This document shows, piece by piece, positions 38,800-53,199 of a stretch of DNA of 64,000 nt. The DNA comes from Dicyema japonicum (lineage: Eukaryota; Animalia; Dicyemida). Below the pieces are notes generated by a model, which was given only the letters and a program-made list of their open reading frames with translations, was not told where the DNA came from and ran no database searches. The stretch is taken from NCBI GenBank assembly GCA_011109175.1, contig RDEW01000002.1, forward strand, positions 1,904,834 through 1,968,833. The letters are read 5' to 3'. Each line of letters begins with the position of its first letter. Within the stretch, counting starts at the first letter, position 1. The translations under genes were made by a program, and so were the position numbers.

Positions 38800-39600
38800 A
38801 ATGTCATCAAAGGGTCACTTCCAGAATAGTCCAAATCATTCTCTCGTCAGCCTCGACCTTGATCTTCTATTGCGCGCTAGTTCTTTTAGATAGTCCAGGT
38901 CGTCCGCCGAAGTTAGTCTCATACCAACCGCCGATAGGTCTTCGTTCAAGATATTCGGAAGTGTTGTTCTTGGCCTTCCACGAGTCCGGTCCTGTGTGTG
39001 CGAAGTAGCTGTCCATTGCGCAATTTGTGGGACCTGGCATTTAGACGTAACACGTGGCCAAAGAGGCTCCATATCATCTGACAGCACGCCGGATTTGCAT
39101 TTATTGTAAATGTTTGCATTTGAGATCTTCATAGGCCAGTTGATCTTGATTACCGATTTGAGCTGAGCTCCGTTTGGTTGTAAACTCCGTTTTGTCGGGA
39201 TTTACAGACGAGAACCATTTCGAAAATTATGCGGAAGTACGTTGAGCATGTGCTGAATTATTTGAGAATCCTCAGAAACAAGATCCAGATCGTCCGCATA
39301 AATTATCTCGTCATACTTGTTTCTAACCAGGGCCCAGAACTCTCTTAGTGAAGCTTCAAGTTCGAAAACGAAAAGGACAGGGGATGCGAGTCTCTCTGTA
39401 GAACTCCACGTAAAACCGGAAAAAAAGTTGGAGGCACATTTGCCAGTTTTGACAAAAGCACGTTCGGAATAAGAAAATTGTATCCTTCCATCGCTCGTGC
39501 CACCACCCAGATGATCAGGTATATTAGACACCTCCACACTCTTCTCAAGATTGCGATTTTTCAGAGGCTGTCTAAATCAGTGGTGTCGAACATGCGGCCC
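38800..39600 (-). mobile_element. RTE RT-to-3' remnant closely related to the 3698-6715 element
   Basis: EIIYADDLDLVSEDSQIIQHMLNVLPH; RGRPRTTLPNILNEDLSAVG. Confidence 0.85.
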
Positions 39601-40199
39601 TCGACAAGCATAAGTGCGGTCCGATTTAATGGCTATAAAATATTTTTAAAAAATCATTTTGTTATTTTTTACATTTAATTAATTTTTAATAGTATTTTTA
39701 AATCTTGTTTGTCAGTCTCACGTCTACGTTGTCTCTGGAAGCTGCTCAAGAAAGCTATGGATAATCAAAACTATTTTGGTGGCATTAAAACCCATTTCCC
39801 AGCTTTGAAATTATTGTACAAACAATTCATTGAGACATCTGTCAGCTATGCCTGTACGTCATGAGGAATCAATCTGTCCTGGACGGACAAACAAAGAATC
39901 CGGGACATTTAGGGCTCAACAGTCACTACTATTAGTAATCTAGGGAAACTAGAAAAACTAATACTTCATCACTTGAAGATCTTATCCGACAAAATGGAAA
40001 GATTTGCTACCCTGTGCAAGCAGTGCAACTCTTAACAATACACAGCCACAACGTGTCTTATGAGAAGGTACACATCACCCCTCTCCAATTCCTATTCCTC
40101 ACTTAATTAATTTAGTAATTAAATTAACTGTTGGTGTTCTTGGGTTAATAATAATAATCTCACGTGCTTTTTCTGGAAATAAGAAACGGTGATTGAACC

Positions 40200-41200
40200 G
40201 AGAATGATTCAGGATAAATGCAAATTGTCTTTTTTTACACAACAGTTGATGGAAAAATACATTGTTTGACATGTAGCCGGTTTATCTCTGTGTGAAGAAA
40301 CGCCTTGCTGCATGAACAGCAGCCTCACATCATTTCTGGATACTAATACCGATTTGTTTAGACGAGAAGTCCTCTCCAAGTTGTCGGCCTCACCAGGTCG
40401 ATGCTCCTTTGCTGCAAGTCTTCTGAAATAGTTCCCGACCGCAATGGGACGGATTCCCCCATTTGGATTTGAAAGCAAGTAGCCTTGCAGAGAAGAGCAA
40501 TCTCTGGCATATTCTGGGATGTCGCCGTTAGCCATTTTTCTGATTAGGTTCCGTAATTGACTTGACATGACAGCGTCCAGCTTCCGATCTGCAAGTGGAC
40601 GTAAGGTCCTTAATATGGTCAGGACGTAACCCTTCCAAGCCTCCGCCGCTGCTAGCGGCGAAGGAAGCTATTCCGCAGCGCACTTCGGATTCAGTAATGA
40701 ATCCTACAGGATTCAAAAAACTTTTCATAGTCAGTCGGTGCATCTGGGTTGCTTCAGTATTAAGGTATTCAGGACCTCGTGGTACAAGCAATACTGTGTC
40801 ATCAGACGTGATAACCCGTGAGGGCTGCCCGCACGCCGCCCTCCAGAAGTTTCCGTTTACTCTCTCTTTTAGTTCATTGGGGACATTTTTGATGAATGCT
40901 CCTCTGGTTTCGACCTCATTGACATTAAGTGGCTGTTCAAGTACTGCATGTATGCTATGACTGCTAAAATTCATTATGCTTTGTTTCAGTTTCCCGGATA
41001 AGTTGAGTCGGGAATTTGTTTCTTTATTATTGTCCTCAGATGCCGTTGTGGGTATTCGAGTGCGACAGATGTTAAGCAAATAAGTTTTAGCCAGGATTTC
41101 CAACTGTCATAGGACAGTGCGTGATCAATGGCTTCTGAAAGACACGATGCTGCGGCAATTCGTACTCATTTAGGGATTTTTACTGGGATCTTCCTGGCTT
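40200..41200 (-). mobile_element. CRE-like RT N-terminal remnant
   Basis: SSGGGLEGLRPDHIKDL and GGIRPIAVGNYFRRLAAK. Confidence 0.8.
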
Positions 41201-41829
41201 CCGGAGGTTCGACCTTTAGATTAAAATAAAAAAAATTATTAATAATCTATATTAATTTTGAACATCAAACAAAAATTTCTCATTTTGATTGCCACTAGTC
41301 CATTTTGATCGAACAACACTACTCTCATATTGATTGACACTGTCCCATTTTGAAATACACTATTCTCGTAATGAGTGGAAATGATATATAGACTCCAGAA
41401 ACTTATTATTTCCGCAAAAATCTTATTGGGTAAGTAGACAATTCAATATATTTTAGTATTGTTTTCTATTGTGTCTGAGAAACAAGAGATCAACGCCCTA
41501 AGACTATCTTCTGATTTTTAGACAAAAACTCAAGTTATGTAAATTCGTGTATAAACCTTTACGCTTGTGCAGCAATACAATCCGTATTCACATCTGTCCT
41601 AGAATATAGCATTCCCCAACCTCAAAAATATTAAGTTACCTTTGGCATAAATTTTGTACACTTTTGCATAGTAGGAAGTAAAAACATATGTCCTCAAACA
41701 AGTTTTGTAAACTTTAATGTTTAGCATATGCAAGTAAATTCAGATTAGACTAAGCCTTGTGACCTAATTGATCCTAGAGTCAGTAGTTAGACAGAAAATC
41801 ATAGATGGTTGAGGTGGGAATCAATAATT

Positions 41830-42480
41830 TTTGAAAAATGTCTCTATCATGCTTAAACACAACTTGCTTCGCCCGGCGTCGTTTAATGTTAGGGTCTATC
41901 TTGTCAATCGAAAAGAGAACAGCCTGGAGAAGACCTAGAAGAGATACAAAATCTAGATTTGCTGTCACAGGAAACGAAGGTGCTTCGGGTGTTGACGGAA
42001 CTTTTGGAACTATCATCTTATTTTGCTATCCTCAGAAAACTGACACTATCGCCTTGGTTTTGGAATCAGTCCACCTTTGGCTCTAGCATTCATATGTGGT
42101 GATTGGAATGCGAGGGTTGAATACGAATGGTGAAGATTGCTTGGGATTTCATGGAAGAGGATTCAGAAATCTTTGCAGAGACTCCCTTGTTGATTTCTGC
42201 ACGCAATGGGCCTCTGTGAATACTAGCTTTGAACACCCCGCTAAAACACAAGACGACTTGGGTGGGCTACCGATGCGGGATTAATGGGCAGTCTATCACA
42301 ATATTTAACCAGATTGAGTACATCCATTGCATAAATTCACAGAGGATCCTGAGAAGTTACGGAGGTACATTATTTAAAAGTAACTGGTCGTCTCACGGAT
42401 GACTACGATATTTTGGAATAATGAACTTAAAATAGAAGGTTGCAACCACGGGTCGCCGACTGGCTACGAAGACTATAAAA
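41830..42480 (+). mobile_element. RTE APE-domain remnant
   Basis: ICGDWNARV, CLGFHGRG.RN, FEHPAK..TTWVG across frames. Confidence 0.7.
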
Positions 42481-43514
42481 AAGAAAATGCTACCCTGACA
42501 CCGTGCTGAAGCGCTTTGTGAAGTTGACACTGTTCAAAGAACTAACTATTGCACTTGCTAAGATTTTGACGCGCTAAAATCAACGGTAGAAGAAAAGGAA
42601 GGTAGAAACCCTTGTTATATGCAATATGGGAGTCGAATGTTTGTTGCAGGTTATTTGTGTTAGTTTGAAATGTTTTGAAAGATTCATAACAAAAAACTGT
42701 TTTTTGCCCTAATTTCACATCTCCGTGTGAGTTGATAGAAAAGTCGCCAGAATATTTGTCTTATTCAATGATCTTCTTGATTGAATGGGGCATAACAGTT
42801 GAGATGACATGTATTTTATTCAAAAACTCGAAAGTTGTATTAGTTTGATGTATCTTTAACAGTATTCCATAAGGAACTTGGAGTCTTCTCGTATCTCGGG
42901 TATTTCTTAAGGTATTTGATAAAGGTGGCCAAGAGAGATGGTTGGTAAGTTGAAGGCACTCACGAATTTTTATTGTCGTCTGAGTAGAAGTACTTCAAGA
43001 CTTGGAATTAGGACAGGTGACTCTGTTAGCGGGTTCTTGGAATGCGATCAACTTGTGTTATGGTCAGGGGGAAGATTCAACTTTGTCTTTCCAGAAGGAC
43101 TCGTCGCCTCACGGTGTGTTCTGTTAAAAACTCAATCTTTAGGATTCCAATCCACTACTGTCAGATATATCCAGTTTTCACAGCCAGGAATAAACGCCTC
43201 CTGTTCACTTCCATCCATATTCGCCTCTGAATGGGAAAGTGGGAGACCCTTGGGCGTCTCATAAAACAGATTGATCAACTGACGTCTCTTAGGATTTAAT
43301 GAGGGCACTGAGCAGAAAGGAATCCTTTGGCCATGTAGGTAACGATGTGGGATCAAATCCACAGCTAAACGAGACTCGAACGACATCACTAGTAACTATG
43401 CTAGCTATTATACTGAGGACACCTATATTAAACAGTCACGACTATAAACTATTTTCATTAAAAATCAAATATTTATGATTAACTTTAATTTTAAAAAAAT
43501 AATAAAATATAGCC

Positions 43515-45078
43515 ATGACAAAAACTCCCAGATGTAGTGATTTATTCAAAACATCAAAAAATTTACACTCATATTCCCCCAACAACAAATACCTGGTAGA
43601 CCATTATTACATCACACAGGCATATGCTTTCCAATACAAACTTAACATCATCGATTCTTCCACTTTGCGAATATGCCACGTTTTCTCTTGCTTGGATAAA
43701 ATACAACTGATTGAGGTAACTTAATTAGTTAATAAAGTGGTCCCCCAACTCAAAACTGATACTCTGTGGACTCATTGACAGAGGACTTGTTCAAATATTC
43801 AAGCTTGATGACTCGGAGTGGTTCTGCAGGATTGACGAGGGGACTGCCGGTCTCATCACATCACTTTGGGCTCCTGACAGTTGTCATATCCTCACTATGG
43901 CTCACCTCTACGTATTACTGATGTATTGATGGTTCTCAGAGTAAAATAACAGTATGGTCTCTCACAAATGATGACTTTTACTATATAAAGTGGCCCAAGA
44001 GCTGCAAGCAGGGTTGAATGGTTGGGTTTACTGGAAGGACTTGACTTTTGTAGCGACGGGACTCTCCTGGCCGTTGTGGAAAGACGGGACCTGAAGGATT
44101 ATATTAGCATCTTCAGTTGTTTAGGGTGGGAACTCATGAAGACTTTCAAAACAGACAGTGATGAGATTAATGGAGTGAGGTGGTCACCACGTGGTAAAAT
44201 TATATGTGCTTGGACAAATTCACTCAGTGTAGTCGTATTAGTGATCTTTTAGTTCAAAATACTCATGTACACGTGTTCTGGTCACTTAGTTGGGTCATTC
44301 TGTCCTAGTCATCACATATTTGGAATTAAGGCTGTCACGTGGAATACCTCTGGTCAACTTCTCGCTGTGGGTTCCTTCGACAAAACTGTATGACTGATGA
44401 GGCACTCACAGATCAGAATACTCAATAATCTCACGTGGAAGGTTATTGTAGAGTATACATACAAGCGAAAACTGGGGGAGACTCTGTCGGTATTTTCAAA
44501 GAAGTCTCTCCTGAAGTTGGTCTTCAAAGGATTGACATGATGAATTCTGCAGCTCTCAATCCCTTCTCCACAAAATGTCACGTGGTTGTTATATCCTAGA
44601 TGAGGTCATATCCAAGTCTGTCTCCCTTCCAGAAATAAAGAACGACCCCAACAGAGCCACCACAAAGATTGGGACTCATTTCTTGGTGTTCTCCCATTTA
44701 GACAAGTACCTAATCTCCATTAATGGTTACTTTCTTTGATATGGGAGATTCTATCCCTTCTGTTCTATGGATTTGGTCGATGTCTTCACTACGACTGGTA
44801 GCCGTTCTTTGGCAGATTTATCCTATTAAGGGTTGTTGGGTGCTTATTGTTAGCTGTGTGTTGTCACCCCACGTGTCAGAAGGTTGTTTTGTCAACTGGG
44901 GGGTCGAAACTGTATGTTTGGGAAGAAGGTGAACCAAATGTTTTGAATTTTTGTGATTTGGGTTGTACTTTATTTTGATGAAGATGACTTTGAGGTTGAC
45001 TGTTTACGGTGGAAAGAAGACTCTGATGATTTGGCTGTCAGTGGTCGCACTGGACTTAGAATATTTAATGTTATTTGA
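43515..45078 (+). CDS. WRAP73: WD repeat-containing protein WRAP73/WDR8, at least 9 exons
   Basis: YSPNNKYL, IEWSPNSKLILCG, EWFCRIDEGTAGL, YIKWPK, LAVVERRDLKDYISIF, LAVGSFDK.IRILNNLTWK, PSVLWIW. Introns 22-28 nt (first at 43596-43619); one probable error frameshift at ~44480. Confidence 0.9.
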
Positions 45079-45749
45079 CTTTTATATTTTCATTAAATTG
45101 GCTTATGTTGCATTTAACTCGGGGTTCGATCCCAGGTTCACCTACTTGGTCTGAGGATTTCCTTTCTGTTCTCTAACTTTGTCAGTTCCTAGACGCGTCA
45201 TTGGATCCACTTAACTCGCTAGACACCAAATGTCTTGGCAGATATTCAAAGAGGATTCCTCTCTCAAGTGGAGGGGTTCCACAATAGCGCAGAGATTGTC
45301 AAACTGTGTGCCGCTTTCTGAATTGATAGCAAAATAACTGAAACCTCATCCCATTGGAGAAAACTAGATAATCCATTTCTTGTGTCACAGTCAGTGGATA
45401 TTGAGAATTCTGAATATATTTTCCAAACATATATCCCAGATTATCTACATAAACACTGACGATTATTTTACAATTCTCAACGACATTTTTATGCGAAACA
45501 GTTTTTTCTACTCTGCATAATATGAAATACAATAAACGGGAAAATTTGAAAAATATTGATGCAGAAATTCGAGTGGCGTTATCAACCATTCGACATTAAT
45601 AAAAAATTGCCATAATAAAAAATTGCCCAAAAAAATTTATTTTTGTTGTTGTTGTTTGCCGTTGATTATTTTTTACGATTAGTGTGCCGCGAGTGCTGGA
45701 AGGGTTTATTGACGAATCGAGTCTAAGAATGATCAAATCTTTCTATCTA

Positions 45750-46680
45750 ACACAGAGCTCCTTGTGAGAGTTGGAAAAACCTACTCAAGACAATTTGAAC
45801 CAAACACAGGCACTCCTCAAGGAGACTCCCTCTCGCTATTATTCACAATATACTTGGAGGCGCTATGAGGAACTGAGACCATTATACAAGGAAAAATGAA
45901 GAAGTGATTTATGCTGATGATGTCGACCTAATCTCCGAAGATAAAGAACTCCTGGAACATGGACTAGATAAAGCACCAGATATACTTGGGAAATGGTTTC
46001 TCACCGTGAACAGGGAAAAAACAGAACGGACATAAATAAGACGAATGAATAACTCACACAAAGAGAAATGGAAACACACAAAGAAACTTGGCTCCCAATT
46101 AGGAGATAGTGAAGATATCATATGGAGAAAAACCATGGCAAACGCGGAAGGGGAATAACATAAAAACAAAGGAAAATGTTATACGACACCTTTATCAAAC
46201 CAATCCTCCTATACAACTCTGGGACCTGGGGCACCTCAAAAGAGGAATTGGAGAGACTAGACTCGTTTCACAGGAATCATCTAAGAAACATAACTGGAGT
46301 GTCCTGGCCATTCAAGATCTCGCGGAAAGGACTGTACAATAAGTGTGACTATACACCAATAAGTCTTGAGATCATTAGCTCCCGTTGGATACTTTTTGGA
46401 CCCGTCATCCCTCCTCCCCCGAATATACCATGGAAGATTACTTACTCTTCCCATGTGAAACGCTTTCGTGGAAGACCAAGAACAACCCTCCCGGTCGTTC
46501 TACAAGGCGATCTGAAAGTCGTAAAGAAAACATTGCCATCTGGTGACGACCTGGACACAGAAGGATCTGGCTAAGAACAGAAAAGCCTGGAACAAGCTAA
46601 CTCTTTCTCTTATATTTTTTACTGCACATGCTGGGCTATAATTATTAAGGCTCTCGTGAAAGTGCTAATAATTATAAACC
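45750..46680 (+). mobile_element. RTE RT-to-3' remnant
   Basis: IYADDVDL, FIKPILLYNSGTWG, RGRPRTTLP; ends GGCTCTCGTGAAAGTGC(TAA). Confidence 0.85.
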
Positions 46681-46739
46681 CAGACCACCCAGTAAATGGA
46701 GAGAGCAGATCCGTGCCTAGATCGCTTGTAGAACAGAGC

Positions 46740-47033
46740 TGAAGGGTCACATAAATACTGTGGTGAGAGGGGTTAAAGGAAAAGCACCGCCTATAGTAAG
46801 AGTGTTAAACTCCGTGTTCCCAAATGGGACCTCAAAGAGTTGAGGGAGCAAAGGTGGAGTTAGAGGAAGCAATAATGATGTATAAAAGGAGACTCTATAC
46901 ACAAGAAAGTCAGTGTAAGAGAATGAGGGAAAATTATCTGTTTGAGTTTAATCGCAGATTGTTTTACCGTCGCCTACACGAAAATGGCATGTTCCCAACA
47001 GGATGCGGCCTGGTTTTTTGTCGGTTGGCCTAA
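46740..47033 (+). mobile_element. R4-like LINE remnant
   Basis: KRMRENYLFEFNRRLFYRRL. Confidence 0.5.
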
Positions 47034-47049
47034 AAGCTTGTATGCAGAA

Positions 47050-47681
47050 CAATTTCGCCTACGCTAATAACACAGATACAACCGACCCAAATAGGGTTCG
47101 GCACACCCGGGGGTTGTGAAGCAAAGTTCATACTGTCAGAACATTCACCGAAAAGAACGAGAACATTCCTCACGTAATCATCAAAATTGACATTAAAAAT
47201 GCCTTCAGCTCGATACGACGTGATACAATTCTGGAGGATTGCTTCACATACTACTCATCGATGTACAGCTATATTCATAGCTCGTACGGAAAACCATCCA
47301 GTCTGCCCAATATTACATTCCATCGTCTTCTGGAGTCCAACAAAAAGACCCACTGGGTTCTGCTTGTTCAGCCTGGGAATTGCCCGTATCACAGGATATT
47401 GTCTCTGCTACCTGAAAATGCAACAGCTCGATGCTATCGATTCCCTCTTCCTGACCACGATTGAACGTATCACCAATGTGAAATTTGACGGCAGAAGGTG
47501 CGACCAAGCAACCCTACCCGTTAGCCTGGGCGGACTGGGAATCCTTTCACCAAAAGATCTGTATTGCAACGCTTATCTGTCCTCTTTGGGCCCCAGTCGA
47601 CTGCTGATCAGGATGATTCTCCAACTCCAAACAGAATCATCTGAAATCACAGATATGGAGATTGAAAGGGATGATGCTTGA
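47050..47681 (+). mobile_element. CRE-like RT remnant
   Basis: KIDIKNAFSSIRRD, YSYIHSSYGKPS, QATLPVSLGGLGI. Confidence 0.75.
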
Positions 47682-48229
47682 GCAGAAAGACCGTTACAGG
47701 ACTATCTGCGAAGATAAATATGAGAGAAATCTTATGCAGATCTGAACAGCATAAAATTTTTATCAGATCGGTGCAATATAAAAATTATATATCAAAAAAG
47801 CTTCAGCAATGTAAGATACTAACAATTCCTGATTTCTCAAATAAAAATATTTCGCCAGGAATTAACTCATACCTTCAAAATTGTTGCGGTAGCTCAGCCT
47901 CAGTTCAAATGGCGATATCTCTTTTGACGAAAATTCTTACAAAAAATCGAAACTTTAAACCTGAAAATGTTCAGGAATATTTAATTTCGTATTACATAAA
48001 TGATTTCGTTTATTTTTCCATAATGCAATTTTTCGCAATCAATTTTATTGCAGTTTTACAATAAAAATTGCAGATTTCTGGTTGCCTTCTAATCACAAAT
48101 ACGTTCGATAGATGAAGTCGCAAAAAATATCAGCGTGGCCATTCAAAATGCTGACAATGTACTTATTCCTCTCTCATCATACACTAATTTCATATCCTCA
48201 ATTCCCTGACACTCATAAAACGAAGAAAC

Positions 48230-50240
48230 CTTATGAAAAGATGCCATCCGACGGACTTGAAATTTTTGAAAACCAACTAAATAAAAGTATCAACCAGACC
48301 ATAAACGACCACCGGACTCAGAGATGGCGTCACTTGGTCGAAAAGTTCATTTTATCAATTTTAAAAAACAATAAAAAACTTAAACCAGAGTTGGAAGATG
48401 CAAATGGAACCGGTAATCCTTCTCCAGAACACATTTGTCATATACAACCTAATCTACTTATGAAACATTAGGCTGCCATCAGCTTCAAGACATTCTCTAA
48501 ACACCTAGATATCAAAGCACGTGCCCGTAAACCGAAGAAAGAACCCCACCAAGAACTATTCTCAGACAAGCAGGCCTTAGAGGTTATTGCCAGATTAAAG
48601 AATTCACAGGTCTGAGGCCCTGACAAGGTATCTTCAATTCACCTGAAACACCTAAACAAACACGCAATTGGCTACCTCACGCAAATATTTAACCTGTTTA
48701 TCAATTGCAATATTATTCACAAGATTTGGAAGAACTCTGTTATCAAACCAGTTTTGATGGCTTTAAAACAGGATTTAATGCAGCCCATCACACACGAGAA
48801 CCACAATCAAAGAGTTTAAGTACCAATATGGGCACTCCACAAGGAGATTTTTTATCGCCAATTCTACTTATCATATACCTCGAAGCTGCCCTCGAGAGCT
48901 AAGCGAAGATATGGGTCCCAAATACGAAGACACAATCGAATTACTATATGCGGATGATGTAGACATTGTGTCTACTGAACAGGAATTACTTAACCAAATT
49001 TTACTCCAAGGCAAACTTTTTTAAAATAAATCTGTGCATATACATTAAAAAAACTACATACGAATCGAACAAAAAATCAAGAAATGATAAATGCTGGAGA
49101 TCTGGATAAGAAGTATGTATCACTGAAACTTCGTGTCAGACTATCAGTTTGTTACGACAATATTCCTGAACATGGGGAATTTCGAAAACGATTTAGACTG
49201 TGCATATGACTGGAATCTACTGCCAGAAAAAATCTCAAACGAAAAACTATATACTCTATGTAAATCTAGACTAATTAGCATAAACGTTATTTTATCGAGA
49301 TGGCAACTATTTGGATATATTTTTAGACTGGACCCGACTATGGAAATATTTCTACTGCGCCGGAAGTCACGGATTTTGAGGCAGACCGAAATACACTTCC
49401 AATTTTCTTAAAAGATGATTAAGAAACAACAGGTCGTAAATTGGTGACAGCAGACGATCTAGACGATGTTCGAAAAATGGCGAAGAGGATGCCTGCAAAT
49501 CATGGCTCAAGCGAAACCTTTTAGTGCTACGTGAAAGAGCACTTAACTAATCGGTTGACTAATACCCAGGGAGTGAACACAATCGGTTGACTGCCAACCG
49601 ACTGCCGAAAAATCAATATGTACGCTTTTCACCTCATACCTGTCACAGAGATCCAAGAATTTTCATTGCTCCTGTCTACAGTCTCCCTCAATTCTTGGAT
49701 TAATGCTCGACAGGCTTCTGAATTTCAACTTCCCATGCGAAGAAAGTCCTCACTAAAAGCCTGCATAGCTGAACGTAGGACTCTTGAATTTGGATGTTTC
49801 TGTTACAATACTCTACCGGCATACTATCTCGCCGGGTGGAAGATACCTCTGTTGATAGGAGATTCGCGTGATCAGAGACTCCACAGACTCAACTCGATGT
49901 ACCTTAAAACCACACATATGATGGGCCCTCATATTAGATCAATCCTCTTACTCACGGAAACTACGACCCGTAGTCGCTGATCCAGATTCCTCCGCGTCTG
50001 TGAGGAAGATGGAAACCAATTTCCCCAGTCAAAAAAATAGATTGGTAAAAAGTTCCCTTCCCCAATCGAATTCCTCTGCAGAAATAAAAGAAGGCTCTTT
50101 CTTACGGAAGTGGGAACAATGGGGGATCGCAGACGGTGGATGGCTCGATTGATTGCGGGACTTGGAGTTAACTAAATTTCTGAAGTTTTTTGTCTTTCTT
50201 TCTCGGTGATCTCTGGGTCTACAAAAATAAATAATGAATC
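48230..50240 (+). mobile_element. Cluster of LINE fragments: Jockey-like (48230-48780), RTE (48780-49545), Jockey-like 3' end (49600-50240)
   Basis: GPDKVSSIHLKHL; MGTPQGDFLSPILLIIYLEAAL; KKFPSPIEFLCR with CTCGGTGATC 3' UTR. Confidence 0.7.
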
Positions 50241-50649
50241 AATAGAGCACTCTCTTTAACATTGACAAAATTATTAGACAATTTCTCCATTCTGTCGGAT
50301 CTCTGGGAGCATTCACTCTTGGCTTTGACGTTTTTGTTAGTCAAACGAGGTAAAATTTATGGTGTATGGAGCTGAAACACTCTTGCATTAGAAGAGAAGA
50401 TTCATCCTCTTTCTCATCCTTTTTGCATTGGTGACTCTCCAGACGACCTGCCCTAAATGAGATCATCAATCTGGAGTCAGTTGAGATTCCGTATCTAATC
50501 GAGCCCCAAAGCTTGACCACGTGGGTAGGAAGAGACCTGATGGAATGACTATTTTCTCATTTTCAAAAGGACCGAGTTTTATTTTTTACGGAAAACAAAA
50601 TTAAATCAACACTACTAACCGCTTCTAAACCTTTCTCCTCTTAGAAGAG

Positions 50650-51015
50650 GAATCGTTGACCTGAAACCCATCCATTCACTCCTCACCTGGGTTGCCTGGA
50701 ATGTCATCAAACTGATTTGCTAATTCCACCAGGTGATTGGTTGCTGTAACCAAATCTTCCTTGATAGTGTGCACCCAATATTTATACTTCACCAACATGC
50801 TCTCCAACGTCTTTGAGGACAACAAATTGAATGCATCGATTGTGATGGCTCCCAAGTGAGTTCCACGTTAGAAGAATAGTTATGATTTTGACTGGAGAGC
50901 ATACACTAACTTGAGCTCTCCTGCCAATAAATCATGCTTGTGCAACTTTTCTACTTCAATGTGCTTCAATAATCCTTGAGAAGTAATTAAAATTTCAATA
51001 AGTACAATTTCATTC
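50650..51015 (-). mobile_element. R4-like RLE C-terminal remnant
   Basis: EVEKLHKHDLLAGELKL ... SKTLESM, paralogous to KFHKYDLLANELE ... RKTRQSM at 59780-60020. Confidence 0.6.
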
Positions 51016-51025
51016 TTCATTTTAT

Positions 51026-51330
51026 TAATAATAAAGCCTTTTCACGAGAGCCATAATATTTATATCTCTGCATAGGCAGGACACACACTTTATTTAAGTA
51101 AAGAACAGTTAATTTTAACTAATCGTAGAACCAAGGAATGATCTTCACTTCTTCTTTTTTTGTGTGTGGGTCCATTCCAGTTCCGCAGTGAGTATCCACT
51201 GATGACGGCGTCACTCGTCAAACCCTTTCTGCATCGTAGATGCGTGGAACCTTCCACCAGGTGAACAGCAGCGAGAATCGAGCCCGTAACATAAGTCACT
51301 TTAGCCCGACACCTAACCACTACGTCACCC
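51026..51330 (-). mobile_element. tRNA-derived SINE, copy 1
   Basis: About 90% identical by eye to 53200-53511; degenerate A and B boxes. Confidence 0.85.
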
Positions 51331-51949
51331 GGGAAAAACAGTGAATAATATTCTTAATTCCCGAGAGTCCATACTAAAAACATATAAAAATTATATTCCT
51401 TTAACAAAGACTCGCAAATTGTTAAAATTTCCTGAACTTGATACTAAGCCTGTTGAATGGATGGATTTGTTGGGATCTAAGGGTACTTTTAATTTGTTTA
51501 TGTTAGGTGCTTTGTTAAATGATGGACTCAAATAAAGCACAAAATATTGCTGAAAAGTTGTAATCAGTGATTTCGAGAATTCAAAAGGAATTCTTACAAA
51601 ATTCAAAAAAAGACATGGTTTTTGAATGCATAAGTTACATGGGAAATACTGACAACCAGCCTGACCTAGAGAGATTTGTAGATCATTTTGAAGAATCCAC
51701 GCAGCAGGCTTCCTCAACTGACATTTGTTTAATAGTTAAAAAAAATATATTTTTTAAAAAAATATAATTAAAAAAAAAAAAAAAAATTAATGGTTTTTCA
51801 AATAAATTTTTTTTAAATTTCCAAATTGGCCAAAATAGTACAGGTACATTTTTGGCCAATTTAAGGGACGTACTGTAGTTTTTTATAATTACTGTTTATG
51901 CTCTGATTTATTAAAGCTTGTTCCTTCGCCCCTTGACAAATCCGTTTCC

Positions 51950-52190
51950 CCCTCAATTGACTAACAGAAAAATGTCTAACAATTCAAAATAATCGGTAAT
52001 TATTGAGTTGACACATTTTGTGACCGATTTATTCAATATGGCCATACATGTGATGGGACGTAAACCATTAGACGATCCACAAGCAGACTTTTTGGGCAAT
52101 AAATGAGTAACTCCTTTGTAGAACCACATTTCTGGTGAGTATTTTCCGAATTTTTTCACATAGATAATTGTGAAGGGACTCGAACTTCTT
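51950..52190 (-). mobile_element. R4-like RT remnant
   Basis: WFYKGVTHLLPKK...LRPITCM. Confidence 0.6.
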
Positions 52191-53199
52191 AAAAAAGTAA
52201 CACCACATGATTTCTAATTTGGTGATTAATTGATAATATTTTTAATAACTCGTAAGCTCCTTTTTTACTTTTTATATTAGTAAGGTGTCAAGATGTCCAT
52301 CAACTTTACTTTTTCTCTGATTTTTAGGTCTCTAAAGGTACTGAAAAAGAAAAGGTTATCTTTAAGCTCAGAAATTTTCTTTTTTTCTTTCCACAAGCTC
52401 GTGACATTGGATATGCCTTTATTAGTGGAGAAACGAGAATTGAATTTCCATCCTCCACGAGGGATCCTTCCAGAACTGGCTTTGGAACATTTAACAACTT
52501 CAGTCACCCAATCGCACTTTTCTAAGTGTTGAACACCAGCGATCATAGCCTTAAGAGGAAGGAGGTGATTAGGCACAGGTCTTCCTTTAAGGTCCTTGAA
52601 AAATCTCACGAGGTTGATGGAGCAAGTCTTCCAACTTTGGGTACTGTATTTTTACTAATTGCTTCAGTAGGAGAGCCAGTTGAATTCCAAATTCGGACTC
52701 TATCCAGCCCTCAGAGATCGACTCCGTTTCATCCCAATCCACTTTGAAACCTGTGAAGAGATGCCAGGGAATTGTCATCGTTCGTGAAAATGCCAATTGT
52801 CTCTTGACAGCTGAGCTTGATTTATTGATAATCTTTTGTTTAAATAAATTTGTAACCCAAAAATTTAAAGTTAATGAAGTCAGGGTTTTCAACCATAAAA
52901 GTTGAGGCTCCGTGCACCATTTGATCTCAAAACTATCATTAAAGTCGCCTTATTGTCCTTAACTTGATTTGATATCAAAAAGATTACTGTTACTCTTATT
53001 TTTGAACGACATTGGACGCCTAAAATCGTGATACAAATTTACTAATTTTATCATACAAAGGTGAATTTCGTCACAAAACAAGCAGTGGGGCCTCATAAAC
53101 AAATTTTATAATCCAAAGTGATAGTGGAACTTATTAAGAGAAAGACAGAAAAAGTCAAACAGTTAGGTGGTCACAGTTCCCGCAATCGACTGAGCCTAA

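Noticed and set aside
45095-45150. tRNA-like T-arm GGGGTTCGATCCC
   Set aside because: No D-arm or anticodon arm; too short for a tRNA. At most a SINE-head relic.
50650-51015. Spliced host gene
   Set aside because: Reinterpreted as an R4-like RLE remnant by similarity to 59780-60020.
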